From an uncultured delta proteobacterium (GTDB lineage Bacteria; Desulfobacterota; Binatia; Binatales; Binataceae): DNA of 64,000 nt. A model generated the notes under the pieces. It did no database searches. It was not told the DNA's origin and was given only the letters and a program-made list of their open reading frames with translations. Each line of letters begins with the position of its first letter. Position 1 is the stretch's first letter. The position numbers were made by a program, and so were the translations under genes. Location: the NCBI GenBank assembly GCA_963842085.1, contig CAWJET010000002.1, forward strand, positions 640,001 through 704,000. The letters are read 5' to 3'. Positions 8,405 through 18,014 of this stretch are shown here, piece after piece.

Positions 8405-10336
8405 ATGCCGGACAACGAGACCGAAAAAAAGCTTCGCGCGCCTCGCGAGCCGTGGATCATCCGCACCTACGCGGGTTTCGGCGATGCGCGCCAGGCTAAC
8501 GAGCGCTTCCTCGCAAATCTGAAGCAGGGCCAGCGCGGACTTTCGATCGCCTTCGATTTGCCGACCCAAAACGGCTACGACCCCGACGCCCCGGTCGCAC
8601 GCGGCGAGGTGGGCGAAGCAGGCGTCTCGATTTGCCACTGGGATGACATGGAGCGGTTGTTCGAGGGAATCCCGCTTCAGTCGATCAACACCTCGATGAC
8701 GATCAACGCGACCGCGCCGTTCATCCTGGCGCTCTACCTGGTCGTCGCGGAAAAGCACGGCGTGCCCTGGACCGAGTTGCGCGGCACGACGCAGAACGAT
8801 CTGCTCAAGGAATTCGTCGCGCGCGGCACGTCGATTTTTCACCCGGAGCTTTCGTTCCGCCTTTCCACCGACCTGATTCGGTTCACCGTCGAGCGCGTGC
8901 CCAACTGGAATCCGATCAACTGCTGCGGCTACCACTACATGGAGAGCGGCGCCGGTCCGGCCGAGGAAATAGGCTACGCGTTTGGCAACGCGCTGCTGAT
9001 TCTCGACGCGATCCGTCCCAGGCTCGACGCGGCGGCCTTCGAGCAGACCGTCCGCCGCATTTCGTTCTTCATCAACAGCGGCATCGAGCTGGTCCCGGAG
9101 ATTTGCAAGATTCGCGCGTACTTCAAGCTCTGGCGCGAGCTCTGTGCCACCGAATACGGTGTCGAGAACGTCGCCTTCCGCGCCGGATGCCAGGTGCGCT
9201 CGCTCACCCTCACCGAGCCGCAGCCCGAAGTGAACATCATTCGCATCGCGTATGAGGCGCTGCCGGTCGTCATCTCGGCCGACGCACGCGTCAACGCGCT
9301 CCAGTTGCCCGGCTTTCGCGAGGCGCTCGCCCTGCCCGACCAGGCCGAGCAGACCCTCAGCCTGCGCACGCAGCAGGTTCTCATGCACGAGACCGGGCTG
9401 GCAGCCTACGGCGACATTTTTGAAGGCAGCAAAGTTATCGAGCAGCTTACCGCCGAGACCGCGGCGCGCGCGCGCGAAATCGCAATCCGCTTGCGCCAGG
9501 CCGGCTATTCGCGCGCAATTTCAATCGTCAGCGGCGAACTGACGCGCCAGCTTGCGGAACGTCACCGGAAAGTCAAGTCGGGCGAGATCGTGCAAATCGG
9601 CGTTAACGCCTTCACCGGCGAAGTCGGGCTCACGTCGCCGCCGCATCGGAACTCGAATCACGCGGCGCAGGCGCTCAACGAAAAGCAGCGCATCGAGTCG
9701 ATTACAAAATGGCGCGCCGCGCGCGACCAGGCTGCCGTGTCGAAAGCGCGCGCGGCGCTCGAACGCGCCGGCGCGGATAACGGCGGCAGCGGACTCATCG
9801 AAGCGACCATCGGTCTCGCCCGCGCCGGCGGAACCGTCGGCGAATGGACCGACTCGCTCGTGCGCGTCGGCCGCGGCCGTTATACGCCGCCGATTCTCGA
9901 AACCGGCGTGAGCGTCGGCGCGCTCAAGGTGCCGCTCGCCAGGCGGAAAATTCGCATCGCGCTTGGCAAGGCTGGCCTCGACGGACACGTCAACGCGATC
10001 AAGCTGCTCGCGCACGCCTGCATGCAGGCCGGGATGGAGGTAGTCCTCGCGGGATTCAAGCAGACGCCCGAGCAGCTGGTTGCAACGGCGCTCGAGGAAG
10101 ACGTCGACGTGCTCGCGATCTCCAGCCTCGCTGGCGCCCACATGTCGATCGCGCGCGAGACAATCGATCTTTTGAAAAGCCGCGGCGCCGGCGACGTGGC
10201 TCTCGTGATGGGCGGTATAATCCCGGAAGCCGACCGCCGAGCGCTGACTGAGCTTGGCGTCAAAGCGGTCTTCACGCCCAAGGACTCCAACCTCGGCGAG
10301 ATCGTCGGCCGCATTATCGCGATCGCAAGCCGGTGA
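8405..10336 (+). CDS. B12-dependent acyl-CoA mutase, ethylmalonyl-CoA mutase (Ecm/MeaA)-like, with fused cobalamin-binding domain
   Basis: PWIIRTYAGF, GLSIAFDLPTQ.GYD.D, NTSMTINATA, GTTQNDLLKE, GYH; C-terminal GLDGH...SSLAGAH...GGIIP. Confidence 0.9.
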   Translation: MPDNETEKKLRAPREPWIIRTYAGFGDARQANERFLANLKQGQRGLSIAFDLPTQNGYDPDAPVARGEVGEAGVSICHWDDMERLFEGIPLQSINTSMTINATAPFILALYLVVAEKHGVPWTELRGTTQNDLLKEFVARGTSIFHPELSFRLSTDLIRFTVERVPNWNPINCCGYHYMESGAGPAEEIGYAFGNALLILDAIRPRLDAAAFEQTVRRISFFINSGIELVPEICKIRAYFKLWRELCATEYGVENVAFRAGCQVRSLTLTEPQPEVNIIRIAYEALPVVISADARVNALQLPGFREALALPDQAEQTLSLRTQQVLMHETGLAAYGDIFEGSKVIEQLTAETAARAREIAIRLRQAGYSRAISIVSGELTRQLAERHRKVKSGEIVQIGVNAFTGEVGLTSPPHRNSNHAAQALNEKQRIESITKWRAARDQAAVSKARAALERAGADNGGSGLIEATIGLARAGGTVGEWTDSLVRVGRGRYTPPILETGVSVGALKVPLARRKIRIALGKAGLDGHVNAIKLLAHACMQAGMEVVLAGFKQTPEQLVATALEEDVDVLAISSLAGAHMSIARETIDLLKSRGAGDVALVMGGIIPEADRRALTELGVKAVFTPKDSNLGEIVGRIIAIASR

Positions 10337-10341
10337 GGGAC

Positions 10342-10821
10342 ATGATCATTTTGAAAATTGGACGATACTTCTCGATTGCCGCCGCGCTGACGATGCTGCT
10401 CGCGAGCCCTGCGCTCGCCGATGAGGGACGGCCGTGGCTATGCCGCGACAAGCCGGTGTTCTCTTCCGATCGCGCGATGGAATACCAGGTGACCGCGCTC
10501 CCCGGCCGGCAATGGCGAATTTTCTTCATGCAGTACTCGCCCGACGCGGCGCACGACGGATTCGATATCGTCAACTCGCGCGAAGTAACGTCGCGCGGCG
10601 AGGCAGTTTCGGGAAATCTGGCGGCGGGCAGATATTTCGCGGTTGCTCTGTACCGCGAAGGCAGCCACTGGATCTGTCCGGGTTACACTCACGACGACCG
10701 CGATCCGAAACTCGGCGAAGTGAGCAATCTATGCTACGGCCAGGACGGCCCGCCGTGCCTGGTCAAGTTACAGGTGAAGCCGGACCACCATCTCGCGACG
10801 CCCGGCGCGCCTTCGCCCTGA
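10342..10821 (+). CDS. Hypothetical secreted protein with four Cys
   Basis: Signal peptide ending ASPALA-D; immediately follows the mutase. Confidence 0.7.
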   Translation: MIILKIGRYFSIAAALTMLLASPALADEGRPWLCRDKPVFSSDRAMEYQVTALPGRQWRIFFMQYSPDAAHDGFDIVNSREVTSRGEAVSGNLAAGRYFAVALYREGSHWICPGYTHDDRDPKLGEVSNLCYGQDGPPCLVKLQVKPDHHLATPGAPSP

Positions 10822-10826
10822 TTGCG

Positions 10827-11723
10827 ATGAAATTTCACAGTGGCGAAATTGCGGTTCAGGAACGGGCCGGCGTCCGCGACATCACCGAGGACGTCGGTGA
10901 AGGCATCGTCGATCACCTTCCTCCGGGCGCGAGCGAGTTTCTCGAGCGCCGACAAATGGCGGTGCTCGGCACCATCGACAGTCGCGTAAGCGTCTGGGCC
11001 TCCGTCGTCACGGGCCGGCCCGGGTTTATCGAGACAGTTGACGATCGCACGCTCAGAATCGCGACGCGCGCGTCGTCCAGCGATCCGTTATTCCGCAATC
11101 TCGGAACCGAGGGCCATACCGCGCTGTTCGCGCCGGACTTCGTGGCCGCGCGCCGGGTACGAGTCAACGGCCGTGGCGTCATCAAGGATGGCGCAATCTT
11201 CATCAAGACCGACGAGGTTTACGGAAACTGCCGGCGCTACCTGCAAGAGCGGATATTCGTCGGCGTCCGGCAAACTACTGAGGATCAACCGGCCAGGATC
11301 GCCACCACGCTATCAGCATCGGAGCAACAGCAGATCTCCAGCGCCGGCACATTTTTCATCGCGACGGACAATCCCGAGCACGGCGCCGACGTGTCGCACA
11401 AGGGCGGCAACCCTGGCTTTGTGCGGGTAGTAGATCCCAGGCGGATTGCTTTCCCCGACTACAACGGCAACAGCATGTTCAACACGCTGGGCAATCTCAC
11501 GGTCAATCCGCACGCCGGAATGCTGTTCATCGATTTCGATACCGGCCGCACGCTCCAACTCAGCGGTCACGCGTCGATCGACTGGAGTCCCGAACGCATG
11601 CGCACGTTTGCGGGCGCCGAACGCGTCGTCGACTTCGAGCTCGAGCAAGTCATCGACAACGCCGCCGGCTTCCCGTTGATCGCGAAGTTCCGCCAATTCT
11701 CGCGCAACAACCCAAAGCTCTGA
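10827..11723 (+). CDS. Pyridoxamine 5'-phosphate oxidase-related FMN-binding protein (two split-barrel domains)
   Basis: MKFHSGEIAVQERAG, RRVRVNG, YGNCRRYLQ, ADVSHKGG.PGFV, FPDYNGNSMFNTLGN. Confidence 0.88.
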   Translation: MKFHSGEIAVQERAGVRDITEDVGEGIVDHLPPGASEFLERRQMAVLGTIDSRVSVWASVVTGRPGFIETVDDRTLRIATRASSSDPLFRNLGTEGHTALFAPDFVAARRVRVNGRGVIKDGAIFIKTDEVYGNCRRYLQERIFVGVRQTTEDQPARIATTLSASEQQQISSAGTFFIATDNPEHGADVSHKGGNPGFVRVVDPRRIAFPDYNGNSMFNTLGNLTVNPHAGMLFIDFDTGRTLQLSGHASIDWSPERMRTFAGAERVVDFELEQVIDNAAGFPLIAKFRQFSRNNPKL

Positions 11724-11761
11724 GACGCCGATCGACGCGGAATGTGAAAGCGCGGAAGCGA

Positions 11762-11787
11762 CGGGAGGGGAATCGTACCCCCTCCCG
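11762..11787. terminator. GC-rich hairpin between convergent genes
   Basis: cgggagggg pairs with cccctcccg (9-bp stem). Confidence 0.55.
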
Positions 11788-11797
11788 CGATATTCAA

Positions 11798-12115
11798 TCA
11801 GCCGAGCGGGATTTCGGAGTAGACCGCGGATGAAACAAGGTCGGCGGTGGGCTTGTCGGTCGAGTTGACCTCCGCCATCAGCTTTTGCCAGTCCTTGTCG
11901 GTCTCGAGCTTGGTGCTGAGTTCGCCGTGCACCTTCCAGTTCGGTGTCTCGATTACGTAGATGAAGGCGTTTGGAGTTGCGCCCGCGACCGCGCTGAGCG
12001 TGCGCGTGGTGGCGCCCAATCCCTTTAGAATTTTGTCCGCCCGCTTCGCGATAGCGATAAACTGCTCGACGGCGCCCGGACGCGGAGCCCAGGTAAAGAC
12101 TTGTGCGATAGCCAT
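11798..12115 (-). CDS. Small dimeric alpha+beta barrel (NIPSNAP-like) protein, paralog 2
   Basis: 105 aa; aligns with the adjacent 12163-12480 (P.PG, PNA, ETDKDWQ); RBS AGGAG. Confidence 0.8.
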   Translation of the reverse strand: MAIAQVFTWAPRPGAVEQFIAIAKRADKILKGLGATTRTLSAVAGATPNAFIYVIETPNWKVHGELSTKLETDKDWQKLMAEVNSTDKPTADLVSSAVYSEIPLG

Positions 12116-12162
12116 AGTTTTCTCCTGATGCGTGATGAGGTTTCTTCGTTCGGCGATTCCGC

Positions 12163-12480
12163 CTAGCTCGGCAGTTCCACGTTGAGTCCGGTCGCGACTC
12201 TTTCGGCGTTCGGCGACTTGGCGGAGTTGATCTCGGCGATGAATGCCTGCCAGTCCTTGTCGGTCTCCATCTTTGCCATGTAGTTGCCGTACTCCTTCCA
12301 GTCGCTGTGTTCGACCACCACGGCGATCGCACCCGCATTTGGGCCCGAGACCTCGTTATACGCGCGCAGTGTCCCTCCCACGCGCTTGATGATTTTTTGG
12401 GCTCTCGCGATGTCGCGCATCAGCGCTTCGAGACGACCCGGTTGCGGTTTGAGAAACAACACGCTTGATACCGTTGCCAT
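12163..12480 (-). CDS. Small dimeric alpha+beta barrel (NIPSNAP-like) protein, paralog 1
   Basis: 105 aa; RBS AGGAGG; tandem paralog of 11798-12115. Confidence 0.8.
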   Translation of the reverse strand: MATVSSVLFLKPQPGRLEALMRDIARAQKIIKRVGGTLRAYNEVSGPNAGAIAVVVEHSDWKEYGNYMAKMETDKDWQAFIAEINSAKSPNAERVATGLNVELPS

Positions 12481-12682
12481 AGTGAGCCTCCTGCCGTTAC
12501 GTAACTGTTGACAATCGCGATGGAGCAGTCGCGAGAGAAATCGTCTCGCAAACCGCGTCCACCCCTGTTCGGCAAATCGCTGGTTCCGAGAGAATCAGTA
12601 AAGCTGGCCGAAGAATCGGAGAGATACGCCGTTGCCAGCATCGCGTCAAGCGGGCGATTTTCGCGCGGGCTAGCGAAAGTCT

Positions 12683-12758
12683 TGGAGGCGGCGATCGGAT
12701 TCGAACCGATGCATGGAGGTTTTGCAGACCTCTCCCTTAACCACTTGGGTACGCCGCC
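12683..12758 (-). tRNA. tRNA-Cys (GCA)
   Basis: GGCGGCG acceptor stem, anticodon loop CTGCAAA, TTCGAAT T-loop, U discriminator, encoded CCA. Confidence 0.96.
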
Positions 12759-12977
12759 CCGCGCTCTGTCGTAGTCGCGACCGGACCCGATCAACTATCA
12801 CGCGCGCGAAAGTGCATCAATTGAGCATCCGCGGACGAATGCTGTCGCGTACCACTTCGCATTCCAGTACGAGTTCTTCAGCGCGCCATTCTTTGTAACG
12901 TTGCTTGTGCGGCGCCATTACGGCTCGATGGCGCGAGGAGGAGTGACGCTATGAGAATGAAGTTCGGTGCGCTCGCC

Positions 12978-13565
12978 TTAAAAGTGCTCGAACGGCGGGG
13001 GTTGGTTGGTCAGGGCGTTAGGATTCACGACAGGTATGCGGGCGGCGGAAGAGGCTACCGCGGTTGCATTCGCTGCATTACTCGTTGACTCGCCGACCCC
13101 GGCGACGGGCGACGAGGCCGCCTGGCTGCTGCTTATGGAAACAGGAGGAGGAGGCAAAGCCTCGGCTATCTCACCTTCTTCAACAGGAATCCTTCTAATT
13201 ACGTCGGCTGCGTCGTACGCGTGGATATCAGACTCCGGTTTGTTGCCTTTGAACATTTTGATCGTCGTGCTGGCGCTAAACTCGTCATTCACCTTCGCGC
13301 CGCTACCAGGATTCCCTTCGCCGCCTACCAGCACAAAGTAGTTGTACCCGTTGTGTAGAGTTACCTCTGCGCACCTCCTGAGTAGGTAGGAATGAAGCGT
13401 CTCTGATGAATTAAACCGATTGCCACGGAAAGAAACTTGCGCGGTGTTGTTGTCCAGCCGCTGATCAGAGTATCCCCCTGCGATGCCGTCGGGCTGGTAT
13501 GCGGTGGCACAACTGGTCAGCACGCAAGCAAGTGACAAAGCGATCAACGTGGTATGTACTCTCAT
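12978..13565 (-). CDS. Lipoprotein (CC0125/CC1285-like) with low-complexity Pro/Ser/Ala tail
   Basis: Lipobox LTSC-ATAYQP, GGYSD, VSFRGN, LLRRCAEVTL..GY.YF; visibly lower GC than its neighbours. Confidence 0.8.
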   Translation of the reverse strand: MRVHTTLIALSLACVLTSCATAYQPDGIAGGYSDQRLDNNTAQVSFRGNRFNSSETLHSYLLRRCAEVTLHNGYNYFVLVGGEGNPGSGAKVNDEFSASTTIKMFKGNKPESDIHAYDAADVIRRIPVEEGEIAEALPPPPVSISSSQAASSPVAGVGESTSNAANATAVASSAARIPVVNPNALTNQPPPFEHF

Positions 13566-13652
13566 TGGCGCCCCCTTCCCCTACAAATTGGTATAGCTAA
13601 TATACCCTGAGTATGGTCACCAACCAAGGCGCGCTCTGCGAGGTAATTAATG

Positions 13653-14354
13653 TCAGCCGCTTCGTAGTGACAGGCTCATTTGACCGGCGGGCTGCAGTAG
13701 TTCCGGCGAATCGTTATCTACGTTGTTGACGTCGGGCGAGACTGGAGTTGCTAGCAGCAAGTCGGCGGGCGCAGAAACCAGCAGTCGCTTGAGCGCGTGC
13801 GGATCCGGGGCGCGCGGGTCCATCCAATCGTCGGCGTCGCGGTCTGCCAGTATCACCGGCATCCGATCATGATACGAGGCGAGCAGCGCGTTGGCTGCCG
13901 TAGTCAGAATCGTAAACGTCGTCTCCCATACGCCGCGCTCTTTCTGCCATGCCTCGTAAAGGCCGGCGAGCAGTAACAACCGCATATCGTCACGATGGAA
14001 CCACGTCGGCTGCCGCGCGGCCTTCGGCCCCGTCCATTCGAAGAATCCGTCCGCCGGCACGACGCATCGCCGCTTCTGGAACGCATCGCGAAATGCGCTC
14101 CGCGTATCGACCGTCTCGGACCGCGCGTTGATCGTCTTGGCCGCCATGCCCGCGTCCTTCGAGCCGCTCTTGACGAGGCCCCAGGTGGCGGGAATCATCT
14201 CGCGATTTTCGTATTTGATCCTGACTATGAAATGCTGCTGCGTCGGCGCGACATTGTAGCGCGGCCGATAATCGACGAACGAGTCCACCGGGACGCCTAG
14301 CTCCGCCGCCAGCGAATTGGCGTCGCGGCGCGTGATTGTGAATCGTCCGCACAT
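13653..14354 (-). CDS. SOS response-associated peptidase (SRAP/YedK, abasic-site protein)
   Basis: N-terminal MCGRF, RYNVAPTQ, INARSET, RRCVVPADGFFEW, HDRMPVIL. Confidence 0.95.
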   Translation of the reverse strand: MCGRFTITRRDANSLAAELGVPVDSFVDYRPRYNVAPTQQHFIVRIKYENREMIPATWGLVKSGSKDAGMAAKTINARSETVDTRSAFRDAFQKRRCVVPADGFFEWTGPKAARQPTWFHRDDMRLLLLAGLYEAWQKERGVWETTFTILTTAANALLASYHDRMPVILADRDADDWMDPRAPDPHALKRLLVSAPADLLLATPVSPDVNNVDNDSPELLQPAGQMSLSLRSG

Positions 14355-14363
14355 CCCCGGAAG

Positions 14364-14930
14364 CTACTGTCGCGCGTTATCGGCCGGCGCCGCGAATGCG
14401 CGCTGGAACGATGGTCTCGCGAGCAGGCGCTTTGCGTAGGCATCCAGCGACGGGAAGTCGTTCAGCAGACGGTGCCGCGCGTCGAGCCATATCACGCCCG
14501 AGCCGATCATCACGTCCGCTGCGGTGATCTGCCTGCCCACGATAAATTCCCGGTCCGTGAGCGCGCGATCGAGAACCAGAAAACATTCCTTAATCCTCTC
14601 GCGGTCGAGCGCATACGCCTCGAGTGCCGCCATCGAATAGAACATCCACTGGTAGTACATTCCGCGCTCGACGGTCCCGAGCACCGGCGCCATCCGCTTG
14701 TCCGGGAACTTGTCCGCAAGGTACGCGCAAATGGCAGCCGACTCGAACATCGTGAGCGTTCCGTCCTGCAACGCCGGCAGTTGGCCGTGCGGATGAATTT
14801 TTCGATATTCGGGGCCCTTGTGCTCGCCGCCTTTGAAATCAATCAGCACTATCTCGTAGGGGACCGCGAGTTCTTCGAGCATTATCAGCGGCCTGAGCGC
14901 CCTGGTCTGCGGTGCGAAATACAGCTTCAT
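14364..14930 (-). CDS. Glutathione S-transferase family protein
   Basis: HPHGQLPAL.DG, FESAAICAYLAD, ITAADV, RPSFQRA. Confidence 0.92.
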   Translation of the reverse strand: MKLYFAPQTRALRPLIMLEELAVPYEIVLIDFKGGEHKGPEYRKIHPHGQLPALQDGTLTMFESAAICAYLADKFPDKRMAPVLGTVERGMYYQWMFYSMAALEAYALDRERIKECFLVLDRALTDREFIVGRQITAADVMIGSGVIWLDARHRLLNDFPSLDAYAKRLLARPSFQRAFAAPADNARQ

Positions 14931-15037
14931 CGCCGTCTACCTTCTTGCGGATCTGGTTACGACAGTTGCCCAGCCGAGAAATTCCCTACCCGGATTTATA
15001 CCGCCGCGAGCGACCTCGCGGCCAGTAAATAGTTCGC

Positions 15038-15532
15038 TCAGCCGGCCGGAAACACCAGCCGAACCGAGTGCCACGCGACCATCAGATTTTCATCGGTGGG
15101 GACGACCCGCACGCGGCATCGGCTGTCGGCGGCGCTGATCGTGTCCTCGTTGGCGTCGTTGCATCGCGGATCGAGCGCAAGCCCCAGGTGCGTCAGCCCC
15201 GCGCAGACTTCCTCGCGTACCGCGGCGGCGTGCTTGCCGATCCCGCCGGTGAAGACGAGCAGGTCCAACCCGCGAGCACCGCATCCGCGTGGGTCGCCCG
15301 CGTGTCCAACAATGTCTTCACATGGCAGCTGAGTCCTGACACTCCGAGCAAGCCGGACTTCTCATTCACGAGTTGATCGCGTCGCGCGGCGTCGTAACCC
15401 TTCTCTTCGACCAGGTAGCAGCAACCACCACCACCGATTCGGCGCCGCCGGAAACCGAGTACAGCGCGAACTTGCACACGACGAACCGACATTGATGCAG
15501 ACGACAGTGTGGCGACCCGGCAAGCCTGGCAC
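15038..15532 (-). pseudogene. ackA: Acetate kinase remnant with large internal deletions and frameshifts
   Basis: N-terminal VVCINVGSS-(frameshift)-KFALY at about 15450-15510, then SGLLGVSG, then LVFTGGIG...VVPTDENLMVA in another frame; about 0.5 kb versus about 1.2 kb for an intact gene. Confidence 0.85.
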
Positions 15533-15533
15533 C

Positions 15534-17213
15534 TCAGTTACCGCTGTGCCGCGCCGGTAACGACGATTCGGCCTGCTTGAAGACTCGCGCGATTAGTTCC
15601 TGCGCCTCGGCCTGAATCCGATGCAGATGATCGACGCCGCGAAAACTCTCTGCGTATATCTTGTAGACCTCTTCGGTGCCGGACGGACGCGCCGCGAACC
15701 ATCCGTTCTCCACGACCACCTTGATTCCGCCGATCGCCGCTCCGTTGCCGGGCGCGACCGTCAATGTCTTGAGGATTTTCTCGCCCGCGAGTTCGCGCGC
15801 ATTCAATTTTTCCGGTGTGAGCTTCTTCAGAATTTCCTTTTGCGCGAGCGTTGCGGGTGCGTCGATACGCTCGTACGCCGGCGCGCCGAACTCGCGCGTC
15901 AAGTCCTTGTATATCGCGCCAGGGTCGCGTTCAGTGCGCGCAGTCATCTCGGCGGCCAGCAGGCCGAGGATGAGTCCGTCCTTGTCGGTCGTCCACACGG
16001 TTCCGTCGGTTCGCAGAAACGACGCGCCCGCACTTTCCTCGCCGCAGAATCCAACCGCGCCGTCGATCAGCCCGTCCACGAACCATTTGAAGCCGACCGG
16101 AGTCTCGATGAGCTTGCGCTCGAGACTGGCCGCGACGCGGTCGATCATGCTGCTGCTCACCACAGTCTTGCCGACCGCCGCGTCCTTGGGCCATCGCGCG
16201 CGATTGCGAAACAGGTACGAGATCGCAACAGCGAGATAGTGATTCGGATTCATCAGCCCGCTCGTGCGAGTGACTATTCCGTGACGGTCGGCATCGGTGT
16301 CATTGGCAAACGCGACGTCGAAACGATCGCGCATCGCGAGCAAACGCGTCATCGCGTACGGCGACGAGCAATCCATCCTGATCTTGCCGTCCCAGTCGGC
16401 GGTCATGAAGCGAAACGTCGGATCGACCACATCGCTGACCACCGTCGCCTTGATGCCGTACTTTTCGATCACTGCGGGCCAGTAGTGCACTGCCGCGCCG
16501 CCCAGCGGATCGATCCCAACCCGCACGCCTGCGCCGCGAATCGATTCCATGTCGATGACCTTGCCCAAGTCGCCGACGTAGGCGGCTATGTAATCGTGCT
16601 TGTGCAGGGTCGCGGCCTTGAGCGCCCGCTCGTACGGCACGCGCTGCACTCCGGCGAGTTTGTTTCTGAGAAAGTCGTTGGCCGTGTTCTGAATCCAATC
16701 GGTGACGGCGGTATCGGCCGGTCCGCCGTTGGGTGGATTGTACTTGAAGCCGCCGTCTGAAGGGGGATTGTGCGACGGCGTGATCACGATCCCGTCCCCC
16801 AGCGCGCTCTTGCGCCCGCGATTGTAAGTCAGGATCGCGTGCGAGATCGCCGGCGTCGGTGTGTAGCCACCCGCGCTGTCCACCATCGTCTCGACATCGT
16901 TGGCGGCCAGGACTTCGACCGCGCTGGCGAACGCAGGGACCGAGAGCGCGTGGGTGTCCATCCCGAGGTAGAGCGGACCGTTGATATTCTGACTTTTGCG
17001 GTAGAGGCAAATCGCCTGGCTGATCGCGAGGATGTGCGCTTCGTTGAACGCGATATCGAACGCGGAGCCGCGATGCCCCGAGGTGCCGAACGTGACTCGT
17101 TGCGCGGGATCGGCAACGTCGGGCGTAAGGGCGAAGTACGCCGTCATCAAGCGTGGCACGTCAAGGAGCTGGGATTGAGCGACAGGTTTTCCGGCCAGCG
17201 GGCTTACTTTCAT
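15534..17213 (-). CDS. pgm: Phosphoglucomutase (alpha-D-glucose-1,6-bisphosphate dependent)
   Basis: [37 protein letters not shown]. Confidence 0.96.
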   Translation of the reverse strand: MKVSPLAGKPVAQSQLLDVPRLMTAYFALTPDVADPAQRVTFGTSGHRGSAFDIAFNEAHILAISQAICLYRKSQNINGPLYLGMDTHALSVPAFASAVEVLAANDVETMVDSAGGYTPTPAISHAILTYNRGRKSALGDGIVITPSHNPPSDGGFKYNPPNGGPADTAVTDWIQNTANDFLRNKLAGVQRVPYERALKAATLHKHDYIAAYVGDLGKVIDMESIRGAGVRVGIDPLGGAAVHYWPAVIEKYGIKATVVSDVVDPTFRFMTADWDGKIRMDCSSPYAMTRLLAMRDRFDVAFANDTDADRHGIVTRTSGLMNPNHYLAVAISYLFRNRARWPKDAAVGKTVVSSSMIDRVAASLERKLIETPVGFKWFVDGLIDGAVGFCGEESAGASFLRTDGTVWTTDKDGLILGLLAAEMTARTERDPGAIYKDLTREFGAPAYERIDAPATLAQKEILKKLTPEKLNARELAGEKILKTLTVAPGNGAAIGGIKVVVENGWFAARPSGTEEVYKIYAESFRGVDHLHRIQAEAQELIARVFKQAESSLPARHSGN

Positions 17214-17352
17214 CGAACTGGTCTGGTCTCTATTTTCGGTGACCTATGGCGGTCCTTTCAAAAATTCTCGCACTACCCGCGGTTTGTTGATAGACGCAGG
17301 AAGGGAAAATTCAAGGTTGTCCGCAGCGACCATCCCGAGGGAGACTGTCGTC

Positions 17353-17865
17353 ATGGAAGATGCCAAACTTCAATTGCTGCTCGACCGCGCTGAGATTAGC
17401 GACGTGCAACTGCGCTATGCGACCGGGCTGGATTCGCGCAACTGGCCGCTATTCCGCTCGTGCTTCACCGATGAAATCGAGACCGACTTCACGTCAGTGT
17501 TTGGCGGCGAGCCGCGCAAGGTCAGAGCCGACCGATGGACCGAGGCGGCGCGGCGCTCGCTGAGCGGCCTCGCCGCGACGCAGCACATGATCACGAATCA
17601 CGTGATCACCGTCACCGGCGACGACGCTACCTGCGTCGCATACGTGCAGGCGAGGCACTACCTGCCGAATGACATGGGCGACCACACGCAAAACATGTTC
17701 GGCTACTACACGAATCGATTCGTACGCACGGCCACGGGATGGAAAATTCGCGCGTGCAAGCTGACGCTCACCTGGCAGACCGGCAACTGGGGTATCTTCG
17801 CGCTGGCCAGCGCGCGACTCAAAGCAGCCGAAGCGGATAAGAAGAGTCCAACCAGTAAAAGCTAG
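17353..17865 (+). CDS. SnoaL/NTF2-like protein (scytalone dehydratase/BaiE-like)
   Basis: LLDRAEI.D...RYA.GLD.R.W, TQHMITNH, GYY...VRT..GWKI. Confidence 0.85.
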   Translation: MEDAKLQLLLDRAEISDVQLRYATGLDSRNWPLFRSCFTDEIETDFTSVFGGEPRKVRADRWTEAARRSLSGLAATQHMITNHVITVTGDDATCVAYVQARHYLPNDMGDHTQNMFGYYTNRFVRTATGWKIRACKLTLTWQTGNWGIFALASARLKAAEADKKSPTSKS

Positions 17866-17886
17866 ATCGTTCCCAGGCTCTCGAAA

Positions 17887-17962
17887 TGGAGCGGGTGATC
17901 GGTTTCGAACCGACGACCTCGTGCTTGGCAAGCACGCGCTCTACCAACTGAGCTACACCCGC
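17887..17962 (-). tRNA. tRNA-Gly (GCC)
   Basis: GCGGGTG acceptor stem, anticodon loop TTGCCAA, encoded CCA; directly downstream of pgsA. Confidence 0.96.
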
Positions 17963-18014
17963 TCTCCAAAGCCGCACGACGAATCCACTTGATTATCCGG
18001 CGCGAGCGCCGCTG

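Noticed and set aside
12500-12800. attR copy of the tRNA-Gly or tRNA-Cys 3' end
   Set aside because: Only matches of about 7 bp (atggagc) were found, which is chance level.
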